The notes under the pieces: generated by a model
The model's database searches: none
What the model was told of the DNA's origin: nothing
Seen by the model: only the letters and a program-made list of their open reading frames with translations
Assembly (NCBI RefSeq): GCF_006345805.1
Contig: NW_021833490.1
Coordinates: 1-29,984, forward strand
Source: Octopus sinensis
Taxonomy: Eukaryota
DNA: 29,984 nucleotides
Direction: 5' to 3'
Shown: piece after piece, positions 9,259 to 22,635 of the stretch
Layout: each line of letters starts with the position of its first letter
How positions within the stretch are numbered: the first letter of the stretch is position 1
Translations under genes and position numbers: made by a program

Positions 9259-10085
9259 AACGGAATTTGAAGGGCACAAAGCTCGAATCTCTATAGAGGC
9301 TTGCTGGCCACTTTTTTCAGTCTTGGATTTTTAAAGCTGTCTTCACTGCCATCCGGCATTCGAGAAATCTTTTAGTTTCTGTCGAATACCGATTCACTTG
9401 GCGCTTAAAAGTTTATTTAGAAAACGTTCTCCCTCTCTCTCTCTCTCACTCTCTCTCACACACACACATGAGTGTGCATATCTCACTACGCCTTTTTCCT
9501 TATACACACATACACACACATATATATATATCCATACATATACATATACAAAATTGCATAGACACATATAGTTTAACCTAAATACAGCTATTCACACACA
9601 GACACACACATACATGCACATGCGCACCTTTATACACACACACAACACACACACACACACACACCACATTAGGCTCGGTCGTCATATGGTGAAGCATTTT
9701 AACATGCTTATATTCATTCGAGATTGTGCAGCTCAGCGTTGTAAGCAAATCAGATAAGATGGCGGCCAGACACACAGACATACAACAAGGGACACCGACA
9801 CGCAGACAGCCAGACACACAGACAGATAGACAGTCAGACACACAGACGGACAGACAGACTGACAGACAGAGATAGCAGTCTTTGAAGAGAGATATATTTA
9901 CTTTACTGTTGGAAGAGCGTACGATACGGCAGAGTTATAGCTACATTTACTTAAGCAATACAAGCGTGACGGCGCATGCCCCACACCCATCTGGTGTCTT
10001 CTGTCTGTCTGTCTGTCTCACTGTCAGTCTTTCCAGACCTCAATTTACTGTCATATACTCAAACTCCACCTGCGCTGCTCTGCTG

Positions 10086-10087
<2 letters not shown>

Positions 10088-10154
<67 letters not shown>

Positions 10155-10313
10155 GCATCGGGGTGTGTGTGTGTTTATGCGTTTGCATATATACATACAT
10201 ACACATATATCTTTATATATTGAAAGATAATAGATATGTATATGTGTATGTGTGTTACTTATATATATGTGTATGTGTGTGTGCCTGTAATGTATAGGAC
10301 ATATATATATATA

Positions 10314-10373
<60 letters not shown>

Positions 10374-10410
10374 CATACATACATATATATATATATATGT
10401 ATGTATGTAC
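10088..10410. repeat. (CT)n, (CA)n and (TA)n microsatellites
   Basis: Directly visible. Confidence 0.9.
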
Positions 10411-11135
10411 GTACACACACAGAGGCATGCATGCATTTAAATATACATCGTTGCAAAGCTCTTCTCATTAAAACATACATGGACTCGAACGCGCATTTGT
10501 CACTGTCATCCTGTTGTCAATGTGACAGCCTAGCTCTCACTGCACCTCCCTTTCTTTCCTCCCATTCTCCCCCTCTCTCTCTCTCCTCCTCCTCCTCCTC
10601 TTCCTCGGACCCTAACCCTAAGCACTCACCGGTCCACTGGATCCTGATTAAACAATGTTTGCCTTTGCAAACATATTATCGCACATTTATACATACATAG
10701 CAATACATAAATACACATACATAGATATATACACATATAGATATGCATGCACATAGAGAAACACAGGCAGTCACATAACAATACACACACACACACACAC
10801 ACACACCATACAACAATATGCGAACGCATACAGGCATGCACACATTTGCAGAGCAATAGGAGAACATACACAAATATATATACACACACAAAGCTATATA
10901 CAGATAACTACGGATACACATGAACATACAGCCAACAATATACACCTTTGCTCTCACACATTCAACATTCTACATACTCGTACTGCTATCCGCTGACCAA
11001 AATATACATACATACATATATACATACATACAATACACACACACACACGCAAAATTTAAGTGCGTGTGTATGTGTTCTTTACGTATAAGTATATTGATAG
11101 ATATATGACATACATGTATGTGGGCAGTATCTGTG

Positions 11136-11139
<4 letters not shown>

Positions 11140-11199
<60 letters not shown>

Positions 11200-11249
11200 A
11201 TATATATGTATTATATATATAATACACATCTGATCTATCTATCTATATA

Positions 11250-11286
<37 letters not shown>

Positions 11287-11760
11287 CATACGTATTGTGT
11301 GCGTGTATGTGTATACATTTGTACTCAGGTGTTGTTCTCGATTACTGCACAGACAAATCTACTTAAACACACAGCAGGTGCTATACATGTGTATATAGGT
11401 GTGTATAATTTCAGCAAATATTATATAGTGAATATATGAAGCTTGAGTATTACTGCTAATGCAATTCTGTGTTATATAGACAATTTTTGTGTATGTAAGT
11501 ATGTATGTGTATATATGTGTGTGTGTGTATATGTTATATATGCGCGTGTGTGTACATACATACACACATGTGTACTTGCTTAGATATGCGCGAGTGTATA
11601 TGTGCGTGCGTGAGTGTGTGTGTATATGTGTGCGTGTGAGACAGAAAGAAAGAAGAAATGAAGATATGCAAACATTCACGAAATATATATATAAACTTGT
11701 ATTAATCCATACATATATATTTATGGTATATACACATGAATTATGTAGTACCTCCTGACT

Positions 11761-11811
<51 letters not shown>

Positions 11812-11950
11812 TATTATATATCTGAAAATGTATATATATATATATATATGAATGTGTGTATAGATATACATAGATATATATATATATATATATATAGTAT
11901 ATATATTATATATAACATTAAAATGTATATATATTATATATGAATGTGTG

Positions 11951-11982
<32 letters not shown>

Positions 11983-12022
11983 CATCCCTGTATATCTATG
12001 TATATATATAGATATGAATGCG

Positions 12023-12062
<40 letters not shown>

Positions 12063-12232
12063 CAATAAGGACGGCCATAATATTCTACAAAATTCTCAAA
12101 ATTTTCCTTGCCACCCTATATTGATTGATATATATATATATATATATGTATGAATGTGTATGTGTATATGAATGTGTGTGTATATATATATATAGATATA
12201 TATATATATAGAATGTGTATGTATATATATGA

Positions 12233-12271
<39 letters not shown>

Positions 12272-12325
12272 GAATGTGTATGTATATATATATGAATGTG
12301 TGTATATATAATATATATATATAAA
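11140..12325. repeat. Large compound (TA)n field with recurring TATATGAATGTGT units
   Basis: Directly visible. The TATATGAATGTG motif recurs several times between ~11845 and 12300. Confidence 0.85.
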
Positions 12326-12599
12326 GAGAGAGAGAGAGAGAGGGAGAGAGAGAGAGAGGGGGAGGGGCACATGCTCATAAGTATATGTGTGTAGATGTGT
12401 GTGTGTGCTTATGTATTGCATGGAATATCAGCTGCTGTGAGGCATTAAATTAGATTTCATCAAGAGGTAATACTTCTCAGAATTGCAGATTGATTATCAA
12501 AATTATCTGATAAGTGGTTTTGAAAGTAAACTCAGACATCACACTGTGTGGGGTGAGGGTGGAGGAAGGGCAAAGGGGTGGTGGAAGGCGGCGGGAAAT

Positions 12600-12769
12600 G
12601 AGGGGGAGAGAGAGAGACGGGAGAAAACAGAAGGAAGGGGGAGTGGGTGAGAAGAAGTGAGAAACAGAGAAATGGTAAAGGGAATTAACCAGAGAGAGGG
12701 AGAGAATGAGAGAGAGAGAGAAAGAGAAAGAGAGATAGAGAGAAAGAGAGAGAGAGAGAGAGAATGACT

Positions 12770-12814
<45 letters not shown>

Positions 12815-12815
12815 A
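12600..12815. repeat. Purine-rich (GA)n tract
   Basis: Directly visible. Confidence 0.9.
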
Positions 12816-12884
12816 TGGTAACTAAATGATATTTATATTGAAAAAATATGTTGAAATAATTACAATGTTAAGATTAAATTGTGG

Positions 12885-13045
12885 AAATAATAAAAATGGT
12901 TTCAAATTTGAGCAAAGAGGCAGCAATTTTTGAAGGGAGGGGCAAGTCCATTGTAGTGACCCCGGTATGGAACTGGTACTTATTTTATCGATCTCGAAAG
13001 GACGAAAGACAAACACGCCGCTAGCGGTTTTGTCAGATCGCTAAC
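12885..13045 (-). mobile_element. SINE family A, tail type 1, head degenerate or deleted
   Basis: ATGGTTTCAAATTTGAGCAAAGAGGCAGCAATTTTT…CTGGTACTTATTTTATCGATCTCGAAAGGACGAAAGACAAA is the reverse complement of the family body and tail. Confidence 0.8.
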
Positions 13046-13049
13046 TTAT

Positions 13050-13050
<1 letters not shown>

Positions 13051-13092
<42 letters not shown>

Positions 13093-13115
13093 CAACAACA
13101 ACAACAACAACAACA
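13051..13115. repeat. (AAT)n(AAC)n microsatellite
   Basis: Directly visible. Confidence 0.95.
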
Positions 13116-13354
13116 GTAGTTGTAGTAAGCAACTCTTACAACAACAATAGTAATGAAGATAATATTTATAATTATAATAGCTGTAATAAAACTGATAAAT
13201 TTTAATAGAGAAATCAGTAGATTTGCGAAGAGATAAGGAACTTGCCCAACAGTTTTAATATGTAGTCAAGCATGCTCCAGCGAATGCAAAAACAACCAAG
13301 GAATCTAGCTTATCAGATGTGCTCCTGGCTGATAACTAATGTATGTGTGTGTGT

Positions 13355-13400
<46 letters not shown>

Positions 13401-14787
13401 TATATATATATATTAATGTATGTATATATAATCACACACAGATACACATATGCAGATTTACACAGACACACACAGACACACCCACATATATTTACAAGGA
13501 AAGAGTGACTTCGAAGTTTCGGCTGATGACAGGAACAGAACGTCAACCCTTCCCTTGCAAATATCAAAATGTGCGTGCGTGCGTATGTATGTGTGAGTTT
13601 GTGTGTGTGTCCGTACGCGTGTGTATGTGTATGGGTGTGTATGTGTAAGCTCTCTCTCTCTCTCACATTACATATGCGCACACACGATTATACATACACA
13701 ACAGATATACAATGGAGATATAAATGAGAAACTGTAAGCGTGAATTTCGTCTTCGCTCTGACTGTTTAAATTTCTATTCAATTTATTGAATCTGCCTTCT
13801 CCGTTTAATCCTGGTTTAAATTTAAAACTGAAATTTAAATTTAAAATTAATTGAATCTAATACTTTAATGTTTGTTTATCTCTGTAATTAGCGGAATATT
13901 GTTATTATTAGCAATTTCATGGCGGTAGACTGAAGCGGGCGGGGATTGGGTAACAACGTTAACAATCCATAATCTCGTATTTATTTATTTGTGTATTTAT
14001 TCATTTATTTATTGATATTTCTCTGTGAAGCAGACACACCTCTTGTTTCGTCTTTAAAAGTATGAAAAGACAGACTGAGGCTTTCTGTTGAAAAGGAAGA
14101 AATTCCACATTTTACTATCAGCGGAGCAATATGGCCAGAGAGAGAGCATCTTGAGGTGGTGCAGTCACTGTAGCCGGGACTTGTCACCCACGAGTGGTCT
14201 TTACTGTCGCCGAAGACACAGATCCAGGGTGCAGATCCGAGGCAGAGATCTAGGGATTTACAGCCCTAACGGATGCCTGAAATTCCTCAGATGAAGAAGG
14301 ATATTGAGTGATGGGTCTTCGTCTTTTATCCTTATCTGGTACTTGTTTCAGTCAGTGAAACCGCATTTTTCACTCTTAAAATACAAATGAAAAGAAGCAG
14401 ACATGTTGAAAACTATTCTTCAGAATGCATAAATATGCTTCAGTAGCCGATGGAGAGACCACAGCTGGATTGTCTTTGATCGCAAGTTCCGTCAATCACG
14501 GCTTTGATCTGGCACAAAGCAACAATACAAGAACAGCAACAACAACTTTCAAAACACTGAAATATACACACATACAAATATATTGCTATAGATTTCTTTT
14601 AGATTCTTCTCTGCATAATTTCGAATATTTTTTTAAGGTAACAACTCGTAGGAAAACCATTTGAAATGTGTAAAATTCCACAAAATAACTACAAAATGTT
14701 TAAAACATATATTAAAGTGAAATTAACTGATTGAAAAAATGCATGCAGTAAAAATCATATCTAGATATACAAACACGCATGCCCTTG

Positions 14788-14826
<39 letters not shown>

Positions 14827-14958
14827 ATGTATATACGTATGCATGTGCATGCATATGTGTATGTGTGTGTTTGTGCATTAGACGTATGAGCGCGTGTGTA
14901 TTTACATGGTTACCGAATAGACCATACATAAAACACATATACAAATACTACATACATA

Positions 14959-14989
<31 letters not shown>

Positions 14990-15037
14990 CGTATTTTTGT
15001 ATATCTTTTATACAAAAATACATGTGAGTACACACAC

Positions 15038-15091
<54 letters not shown>

Positions 15092-17255
15092 ATATATTAT
15101 ATATAATGTATAAGAATTGTACTGTTAATCGTTTTAGTTTATAAAAACAATAAAAACAACAAATAAAGGAACAAAAAAGCAACATATCAACAACGATAAA
15201 AATTGCAAATACAGCAAACGAAAATTTGAAAAAGGATGAAAAAAATGCAAGAGCACTTAGAGAAACATTCTGTTGTTCAACTCTCTCCCAAATACATTCA
15301 ATCGGACATTTTAATTTTTTTCTAAGAAAATGTAAAACTAAGACATACATATATATGAATGTGCGCGTGCGTACACACACACAACTTCTGTATATAACAC
15401 ACACACAACTTCTGTATATAACACACACACACACACACACATATACGTACACAAACTTACATGTATACACATGTATACGTATGTATATATGTATTTATGC
15501 ATGTATGAGCGGAACGTTGGCGTCGGAGGATCATCTGTGAAATTTGCCTACATTTCATGATACTTTGTTTTATCAGTCCTATGATACGGTTGGGCGAGGT
15601 TAGAAGCAAAGCAATATCAGGTTTGCTACACACACGCATGCACGCACACACACACACACACACATCTTTATGTATGTATGCTTATATGCACATTTCTATG
15701 TGAAAGACTGTTTTTCCTGTTATCTGTATAAATTGAGATTTTTTTTCCTCACGTACATATTGCTTTTCTTTGTAAATTTTGCGCGTATGTTTATATTGCA
15801 TATGTGTGCATGTGTATATAAGTGCGTATACATATATGTGTGTGTATATATATATGTGTGTATACACACACACATATATACGTACATCTATCTATCTATC
15901 TGCCTGTCTGTCTGCCTGTCTGTCTGTCTGCCTGTCTGTCTATCTGTCTGTCTGTCTATCTATCTATATGAGCGTGCGTGTGTCTATATATGCATAGTTG
16001 CATTCATGTATAATTTCGTATCCACATGTCCATTGTTTATGTATATATACGTCTTCTGTGTCTGTCTGAAAAATAGATGCTTTTTCTATGTACGGGTGTT
16101 TTTCTTTTATTGTCATGTCTACTATATGTTTATAGCACATGTTGTGCACCAGTGTTGAGTACTTGTCTAGTCCTCAAAGGCGTCAAGCCAAGGGGCATTG
16201 CACTCGAATTTTATCCTGTAATATATTGCGAGTTCCATCCTGTTACGTACTCCTGTGATGTACTTTATTGCTAAGTTAGGGACGCAGGTCTGCTTCATCG
16301 CCTGTTTCACCATCAGCTCCGACGAGCAGGCACACACTTCTATACGCCCGCCCTGTCCCGATCAACAGAAGCAATTGGAATCCATCCATCACTCAGGACT
16401 TACTCCATGTACTTTTTCAGGACACTTGTCAAACCTCTCCTACGTTAGCGAAAGAGAGATAAGTTTTATTCCCCTTCCCCTTTCTCGGACGAATCCTTCA
16501 GGCAAAGAATCACTTGTTTTTGTGACATACCATTGCCACAGTATTTCTAAATTTACAGTGCGTATGCCTCTGTTTACTAAATTCGTTGCGTGTATTTTTT
16601 TAGTGTTATTTGTATTCTGAGTCGTTTGGTCATTTTTACTACTTATTTCGGGGTGGAAAGTGGGAGTGGGGAGTTTTTCGTTTCTCTCAAATGAAGAGCC
16701 GTATTGAGAGGAATGTAAACGCACAAGAAATAGAGTTATGGCATGTCTAGGAACAGAACATTGCTTTGTTTACAGAAGGAATTGGGGATAAACTTCTACA
16801 CATTGAGGAGCCGCCTCCACCCATTTATATAATAATTCAGAAGGATTTTCGCTCGGTAAGCCTTGGTAATAATTCAATTTTCTTGGAGCAATCTGAAAAC
16901 ACGTCCGTTCATGCCAAAGCATAGCAGCAGCAACAACAACAACAACATTAATAATAATAAACAAGAAATCTTTATGATTATTGATACTAAATTCAATATT
17001 ATTATTGTTGAATTTATTGTGGATCATGGCAACGACGATGACGACTATGATGACGGTACTAATGATGATAATGTTGATTAGGATGATGATGATGATGGCG
17101 ACTATGATGATCGTAATGCTGACAAAAGTAAGGATGACACGGTGACGATGATGATGACGACGATAATTATGATGGTGATGATGATGATGATGACTACTAT
17201 AACAACTAGCTGCTGCCATTGCTGTTGTTCTTGCCGCTCTTACAAATATTTTTAT

Positions 17256-17293
<38 letters not shown>

Positions 17294-17849
17294 ATTTTCG
17301 TTATTGTTGTAATTGTCGTGAGTAGTTGTTGTTGTATTATTGTTATATGCTTTTACTGCCGGATTTGCTTTATCATTTATTATGTTTGTTGTTGTATCTC
17401 TACTGCCATTGCCACAATATGTTGTTGTTGTTGTTGTTGTCACAGTGTTTCATCAAAGAAAATTTTCAAAATCATATTTATATTTTTATCTATTCCTTTT
17501 TTCAACATCTTTTTAACAATTCGCCATATTTTTTCCCTCTCACCCTCCCCCCATCCCCCCTTTCTATATTCGATATTTTTCCTTTAATTCCTTTATTCCC
17601 TTATTCATCCATTCAGTCATTCATTCAGGATATTTTTTTCCTTATTGTAATTGTTTGTGCTTTTGTTTGTTTGTTTGTTTGTGTGTGTGTGTGTGCACGC
17701 GCGAGCACGCATATGCGTGTATATGTATGTTTATGTGTGTGTGTGCGTGTGTGTATGCGTGTATATGTATGCTTATGTGTGAACTGCAGTTGTCAGTGTC
17801 ATTATTATCATTCGCAAACCTCGTACGCTTCTTCGCTTTCGCCCTTTTA

Positions 17850-17963
17850 TTATTTATTATTATTATTATATTATTATTTTATTATGTTATTATTATTATT
17901 ATTATTATTATTTATTATCGGTTATTATTATTATTATTATCTTTATTATTATTATTATTATTA

Positions 17964-18003
<40 letters not shown>

Positions 18004-18019
18004 CATTATTATATTATTA

Positions 18020-18053
<34 letters not shown>

Positions 18054-18204
18054 CGACATTATTTTCTACTATTGTAGTGGTCCTTGTCGAAGCTGTCGCT
18101 GTCATGATCATAATAATGATGACGATAGTGATGATGACAATGGGGAGGATGATGATGATGGTGATGATGATTATCGTCGCCAGAACCCCCAGTTTGATGA
18201 TGAC

Positions 18205-18240
<36 letters not shown>

Positions 18241-18430
18241 CATCATCATCAATACCACCGCCACTGTCATGGTATTAATCATCGTGTTCATGTGCGCAGT
18301 GTTAACGTGTATAGTTGTGTGGTTATCTGTCTTGTAACATGTTAGGAAATTTGTCATTCATCATCATCGTCATAATCATCGTCGTTGTCCGTCATCATCA
18401 TCATCATCACCACCACCACCACCACCACCA
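17850..18430. repeat. (TAT)n tract followed by (GAT)n, (CAT)n and (CAC)n tracts
   Basis: Directly visible. Explains the 339 aa and neighbouring spurious ORFs. Confidence 0.9.
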
Positions 18431-19091
18431 CCACCACCACCACCACCCCACCAGGAACGTGCACCGTTGCAATCCTCCTTATCATCATGGCTATCGTCAT
18501 CGTCGTCGTCCACCTCCTCCTTCCCCTCCTCCTCACCCTCTTTTATTTCGTATTCTTCTTCTTCTTCTTGCCCCCCGCCTCCTCCTCCTCCTCGTCGTCG
18601 TCATCATCATCACTTTTCTCTTCACGTTTCTTTTTATCAATCGAATACGGTATTACCACCTCTCTCTCTCTCTCTCTCTCTCTCAATGTCACTCTGTCCT
18701 CTCTATACCCCTACACCCCATTTCATCTCCTCTCCCCCTTTCCCATTGCTTCCTTCATCCTTCCACCGTGTCTTACAAGCAACTCCAACGGAACAACAAG
18801 CAAATCTCAAAGAGAGAAGCAAGATGGCGGCCATCTTACAATATATTTTTTTCCTAACTTTTACGTTTTGTTTTTTCTCTATTTTTGTTCAATTTTTTTC
18901 TTCTGCTTTTGTCAGAGCGTCCTGCTTTCTTATTGTCAAACATTTCATTCGCCATTTTTGTGGAGTATGACAACCAACTGGCATCGCTGCAAAGATGAAA
19001 CAACTTAACTTTGATAGTTAGACAATCGTTGATGGTTTCTAGCGGTTGCAGTTGTTGCTGTGGTTGTTATTTTTTCTATTATTCATTTATT

Positions 19092-19286
19092 TCTTTTATT
19101 CTGTTACATGCTTCAGGCTTTGGACTGCGGCCATGCTGGGGCAATGCCTCACGGTTTGAGTCAAATAAACCGAGATTCCCAATAACTGTAGTAAGTCTAT
19201 TTATTCCCCCCCACCTCTTGTCTCTTTACTGAAACGCAAAGTTATAGGGCCGTAAACAAACCAATACCGTTGCACAGTTGACTGGG
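19092..19286 (-). mobile_element. SINE family B, 3' half
   Basis: GACTGCGGCCATGCTGGGGCA and CCGTAAACAAACCAATACCGTTG are reverse complements of segments of the copy at 21558-21742. Confidence 0.75.
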
Positions 19287-19368
19287 AAACCGAAACATAC
19301 AGACACTACACACACACACACGTGCGTATGTATGTGTATGTGCGCGCGCGTGTGTATGTATATATATA

Positions 19369-19428
<60 letters not shown>

Positions 19429-19466
19429 TATATATATATATACGTACACACATACATCCGCATATA

Positions 19467-19517
19467 CGAGGAAAATGTATCTTAACTGCTTATCATATTT
19501 AAGATACATTTTCCTCG
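19467..19517. mobile_element. Tiny Tc1/mariner-type MITE (51 bp) with perfect 19 bp TIRs and a TA TSD
   Basis: TA|CGAGGAAAATGTATCTTAA, 13 nt loop, TTAAGATACATTTTCCTCG|TA. TA-CGAGG ends resemble mariner-type termini. Including flanks, the stem is a perfect 24 bp (19462-19485 with 19499-19522). Confidence 0.7.
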
Positions 19518-20127
19518 TATATACGTATGCATGTCTCAGACACATGCATGAAAACAGGACCATACACACTCACACACACATCTATATTCGCACACCAAAC
19601 GTCCTAAGTTTCAGCGATGGCTCTAAATACTCTCTAGAAGACCGGCTGCGTTAAACTTAATAGTGGATGGGTATGAGTCTGTGTATATGTATGTGTATCT
19701 ATCTATCAATATATATATATACACACACACATGCACACATATTCATACACACAGACACATACATATACACACACAAACACTCTCTCACACTCACACACAT
19801 AAACACACAGTGAGAGAGGGAGAATTATATTTGAATGGTGTTATATTATCGTTGTGCTGTATTGTATCCGCCATATTGTATAGTATTGCAATGTATTGTT
19901 CAGTGTTTTGTATATTTTGTATTTATGCCATTGTCACAGTTATACGCCATATTTATTCTATTGTATCAACCGATTCTAGTCTGTTGTTTCACATTATTTT
20001 GTGGATAGTGTTTTCTATTGCATTCCATTGTCTCTCCCTTTCTCTTTTTCTTACCTCTCATATACATGTCATACACACATGTATATATAAACTTATACAT
20101 ACATACATACATACATACATACATACT

Positions 20128-20163
<36 letters not shown>

Positions 20164-20276
20164 GTATGTATGACACGCACATACACACACATATGTTGGT
20201 GTATATGTGTGTATATATATATATAGCGAGAGAGAGGGAGAGTGAGAGAGTGAGAGAGAGAGAGGGGGGGGGAAAT

Positions 20277-20429
20277 ATGGCTGTGTGGTAAGAAGTTTGT
20301 TTCCCAACCACGTGGCTCCGGATTTATTTCTACTGCATGGAATTTGGGGGAAGTGTCTTCAACTATAGCCTTAGGCCGACCAAAGCCTTCTCAGTAGATT
20401 TGTTAGACGGAAACTGAAAGAAGCTTGTT
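20277..20429 (+). mobile_element. tRNA-type SINE family B, 5' half
   Basis: A-box-like ATGGCTGTGTGGTAAGAAG … AAGTGTCTTCAACTATAGCCTTAGGCCGACCAAAGCC … AGACGGAAACTGAAAGAAGC, then (GT)n. Shares head and ACGGAAACTGA with 25340-25430. Confidence 0.8.
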
Positions 20430-20444
20430 GTGTGTGTGTGTGTG

Positions 20445-20488
<44 letters not shown>

Positions 20489-21215
20489 CAAATATACACA
20501 CACACACACACACACATATATATATGTATATATATATACACATACATATATATATAATAATGCGCACTCTTAACCATTCTGTCCCCCTCCATCTCTCATT
20601 CTTCATTCTTTCTGGTTTTCTCTACAACCCTTCCCTTTTTTCTTTCCCTTTCTCTTACTCCTCCTCCTTCTCCCTCCCGTCACTGACGCGTGACCAGAAG
20701 TCCACTGCTTTTCTGACTACTGCTTCCAACAAGTGTAGACGGCTCCCTCTGTCCATCTCAAGCCGTTTTCAAAGCGTTCAAAATAATTTTTCCTTCGTTC
20801 AGGCTTAACAACCCTTAATGTTCGTGTTACTGTTATTCTCTTTGTCCTGTCTTTTACTGTTTTTATTTGTATTGTCTTTACTGTCCTGTTTTTGTTACCA
20901 CTTTTACCCCTCCGCAAAAAATCTCAAATTTTTTTTAATTTGCTTTGCAGGAAGGATTGTTTCTACGGAGTCGTGTCTCGCCTTTACCTTCGAAACACGG
21001 AGTAGACAAAACAGAGAATTTTTCTGGTGTTGTATGTCTTGTACTCTGTTTTTTCGTTGTTTAAAAAAATGTCCGTTTCCTTGGTGTTTTCGTTTCTCAT
21101 TGTGTTCGACGTTTTTTTTGGTGTCCTGTACCCATATATGCATGTATATATGCATATAGATGTACGTAGTACATATATGTATGTATATATGCATATGTTT
21201 TATTTATTATTTTGT

Positions 21216-21272
<57 letters not shown>

Positions 21273-21339
21273 TATACATATATATATATATACATACAAT
21301 ATACATACATACATACATGCATATATATATATATATATA

Positions 21340-21402
21340 CTGGGTGTTTCATAGGTAATAATAAGTCACTTGGTTAGTTATGTCTGCTGGCGGCCCACAT
21401 AT

Positions 21403-21441
<39 letters not shown>

Positions 21442-21854
21442 ACCTTTTACTTGTTTGAGTGACATCAGACTGCGGCCATGCTGGGGCACTGCCTTTTAAG
21501 AACTTTGACATATATATATATATATATTTATGTGCGTGTGTGTGCATTTGTCCATAACCACTGCTTGACAACCGGTGTTGCTGTGTTTACGTCCCCATAT
21601 CTATGCAGATCGGCATAAGAGAACCAATAGAAAAAGTTGCAGGCTTTAAAAGATACAGAAAAAGTAAGTACTGGTGTCAAAGTCCTTAAAAGGCGGTGCC
21701 CCAGCATGGCCGCAGTCTGATGTCACTCAAACAAGTAAAAGATTATATATATGTGTGTGTGTGTGTGTGTGTGGTGTGTGTGTATGTATATATATGTGGG
21801 CCGCCAGCAGACATAACTAACCAAGTGACTTATTATTACCTATGAAACACCCAG
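21340..21854. repeat. Inverted duplication: arms 21340-21510 and 21675-21854, spacer ~164 bp
   Basis: CTGGGTGTTTCATAGGTAATAATAAGTCACTTGGTTAGTTATGTCTGCTGGCGGCCCACAT occurs exactly as its reverse complement at the distal end of the right arm. The SINE tail portion differs by only a few bases. Confidence 0.95.
21558..21742 (+). mobile_element. SINE family B, 3' half
   Basis: CCACTGCTTGACAACCGGTGTTGCTGTGTTTACGTCCCC … AAGGCGGTGCCCCAGCATGGCCGCAGTC … AAACAAGTAAAAGA. Its last ~68 bp are mirrored at 21444-21510. Confidence 0.8.
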
Positions 21855-22056
21855 CAGCCGGGACCGCCCATTCACCCCTTCCCTCGGTAAAGCAGCCTCA
21901 CCATCACCTGCACCCCCACAGCTGTACCATTCTTTAATCTCCCCCCAGCCCCCACCCCTATATCCCACAATCTCTCATTAAAAACGTTCACAATCCGTAA
22001 ATAAATTGTTAAAGGCAGCAATGATTCCGGATGAAAACTAGATACGTCTCCCCCTC

Positions 22057-22113
22057 TCTCTTACTACACCCCTTCTCTTACTACACCCCTTCTCTTACTA
22101 CACCCCTTCTCTT
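22057..22113. repeat. 17 bp minisatellite (TCTCTTACTACACCCCT) x3.3
   Basis: Exact units at 22057-22073, 22074-22090 and 22091-22107. Confidence 0.95.
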
Positions 22114-22146
22114 TCTCTCTTTCTTATTTTTACAATTGATTTAAAT

Positions 22147-22181
<35 letters not shown>

Positions 22182-22269
22182 CATACATACGCATGCGCAC
22201 ACACACAAAAGCAACAGATGAATCAGAAAATAATATGAGAATAACAACAGAACGAATTTCGGAAAAGAG

Positions 22270-22336
22270 AAACAACTAATACAACAACAACAACAGATAA
22301 CAACAACAATAACAATAAATAATAATAATATAATAA

Positions 22337-22423
<87 letters not shown>

Positions 22424-22602
22424 TAAAAATAATGTTAATAAGTGGAAGAAGAAGAAAGACGAAGAAAGTAATGAAGAACTTATTCGTGAAATAGAGCAAC
22501 AACAACAACAACAACAGTAAGAAGAACATCAACACCAACAAAGCGCAAACAACAAAACAAAGAAATAAGAACAAAACGACAATAAATAAATAATTAATTA
22601 AT

Positions 22603-22633
<31 letters not shown>

Positions 22634-22635
22634 AC
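22270..22635. repeat. (AAC)n/(AAT)n compound microsatellite
   Basis: Directly visible. Confidence 0.9.

Noticed and set aside
10609-10621. CCCTAACCCTAA telomere-like sequence
   Set aside because: Only two units, which is expected by chance.
16150-16560. Unique GC-balanced segment with short open frames
   Set aside because: Every frame has stops within about 65 codons except the listed 121 aa ORF, which has no recognisable motif; nothing supports a call.
17326-18345. 339 aa ORF and the many other long ORFs in the track
   Set aside because: They are translations of microsatellites (poly-Y, I, D, H, alternating YI, HT, CV, SL) and carry no domain signal.
22057-22113. Short direct repeats as a possible CRISPR-like array
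   Set aside because: Contiguous units with no spacers in a eukaryotic context; this is a minisatellite.
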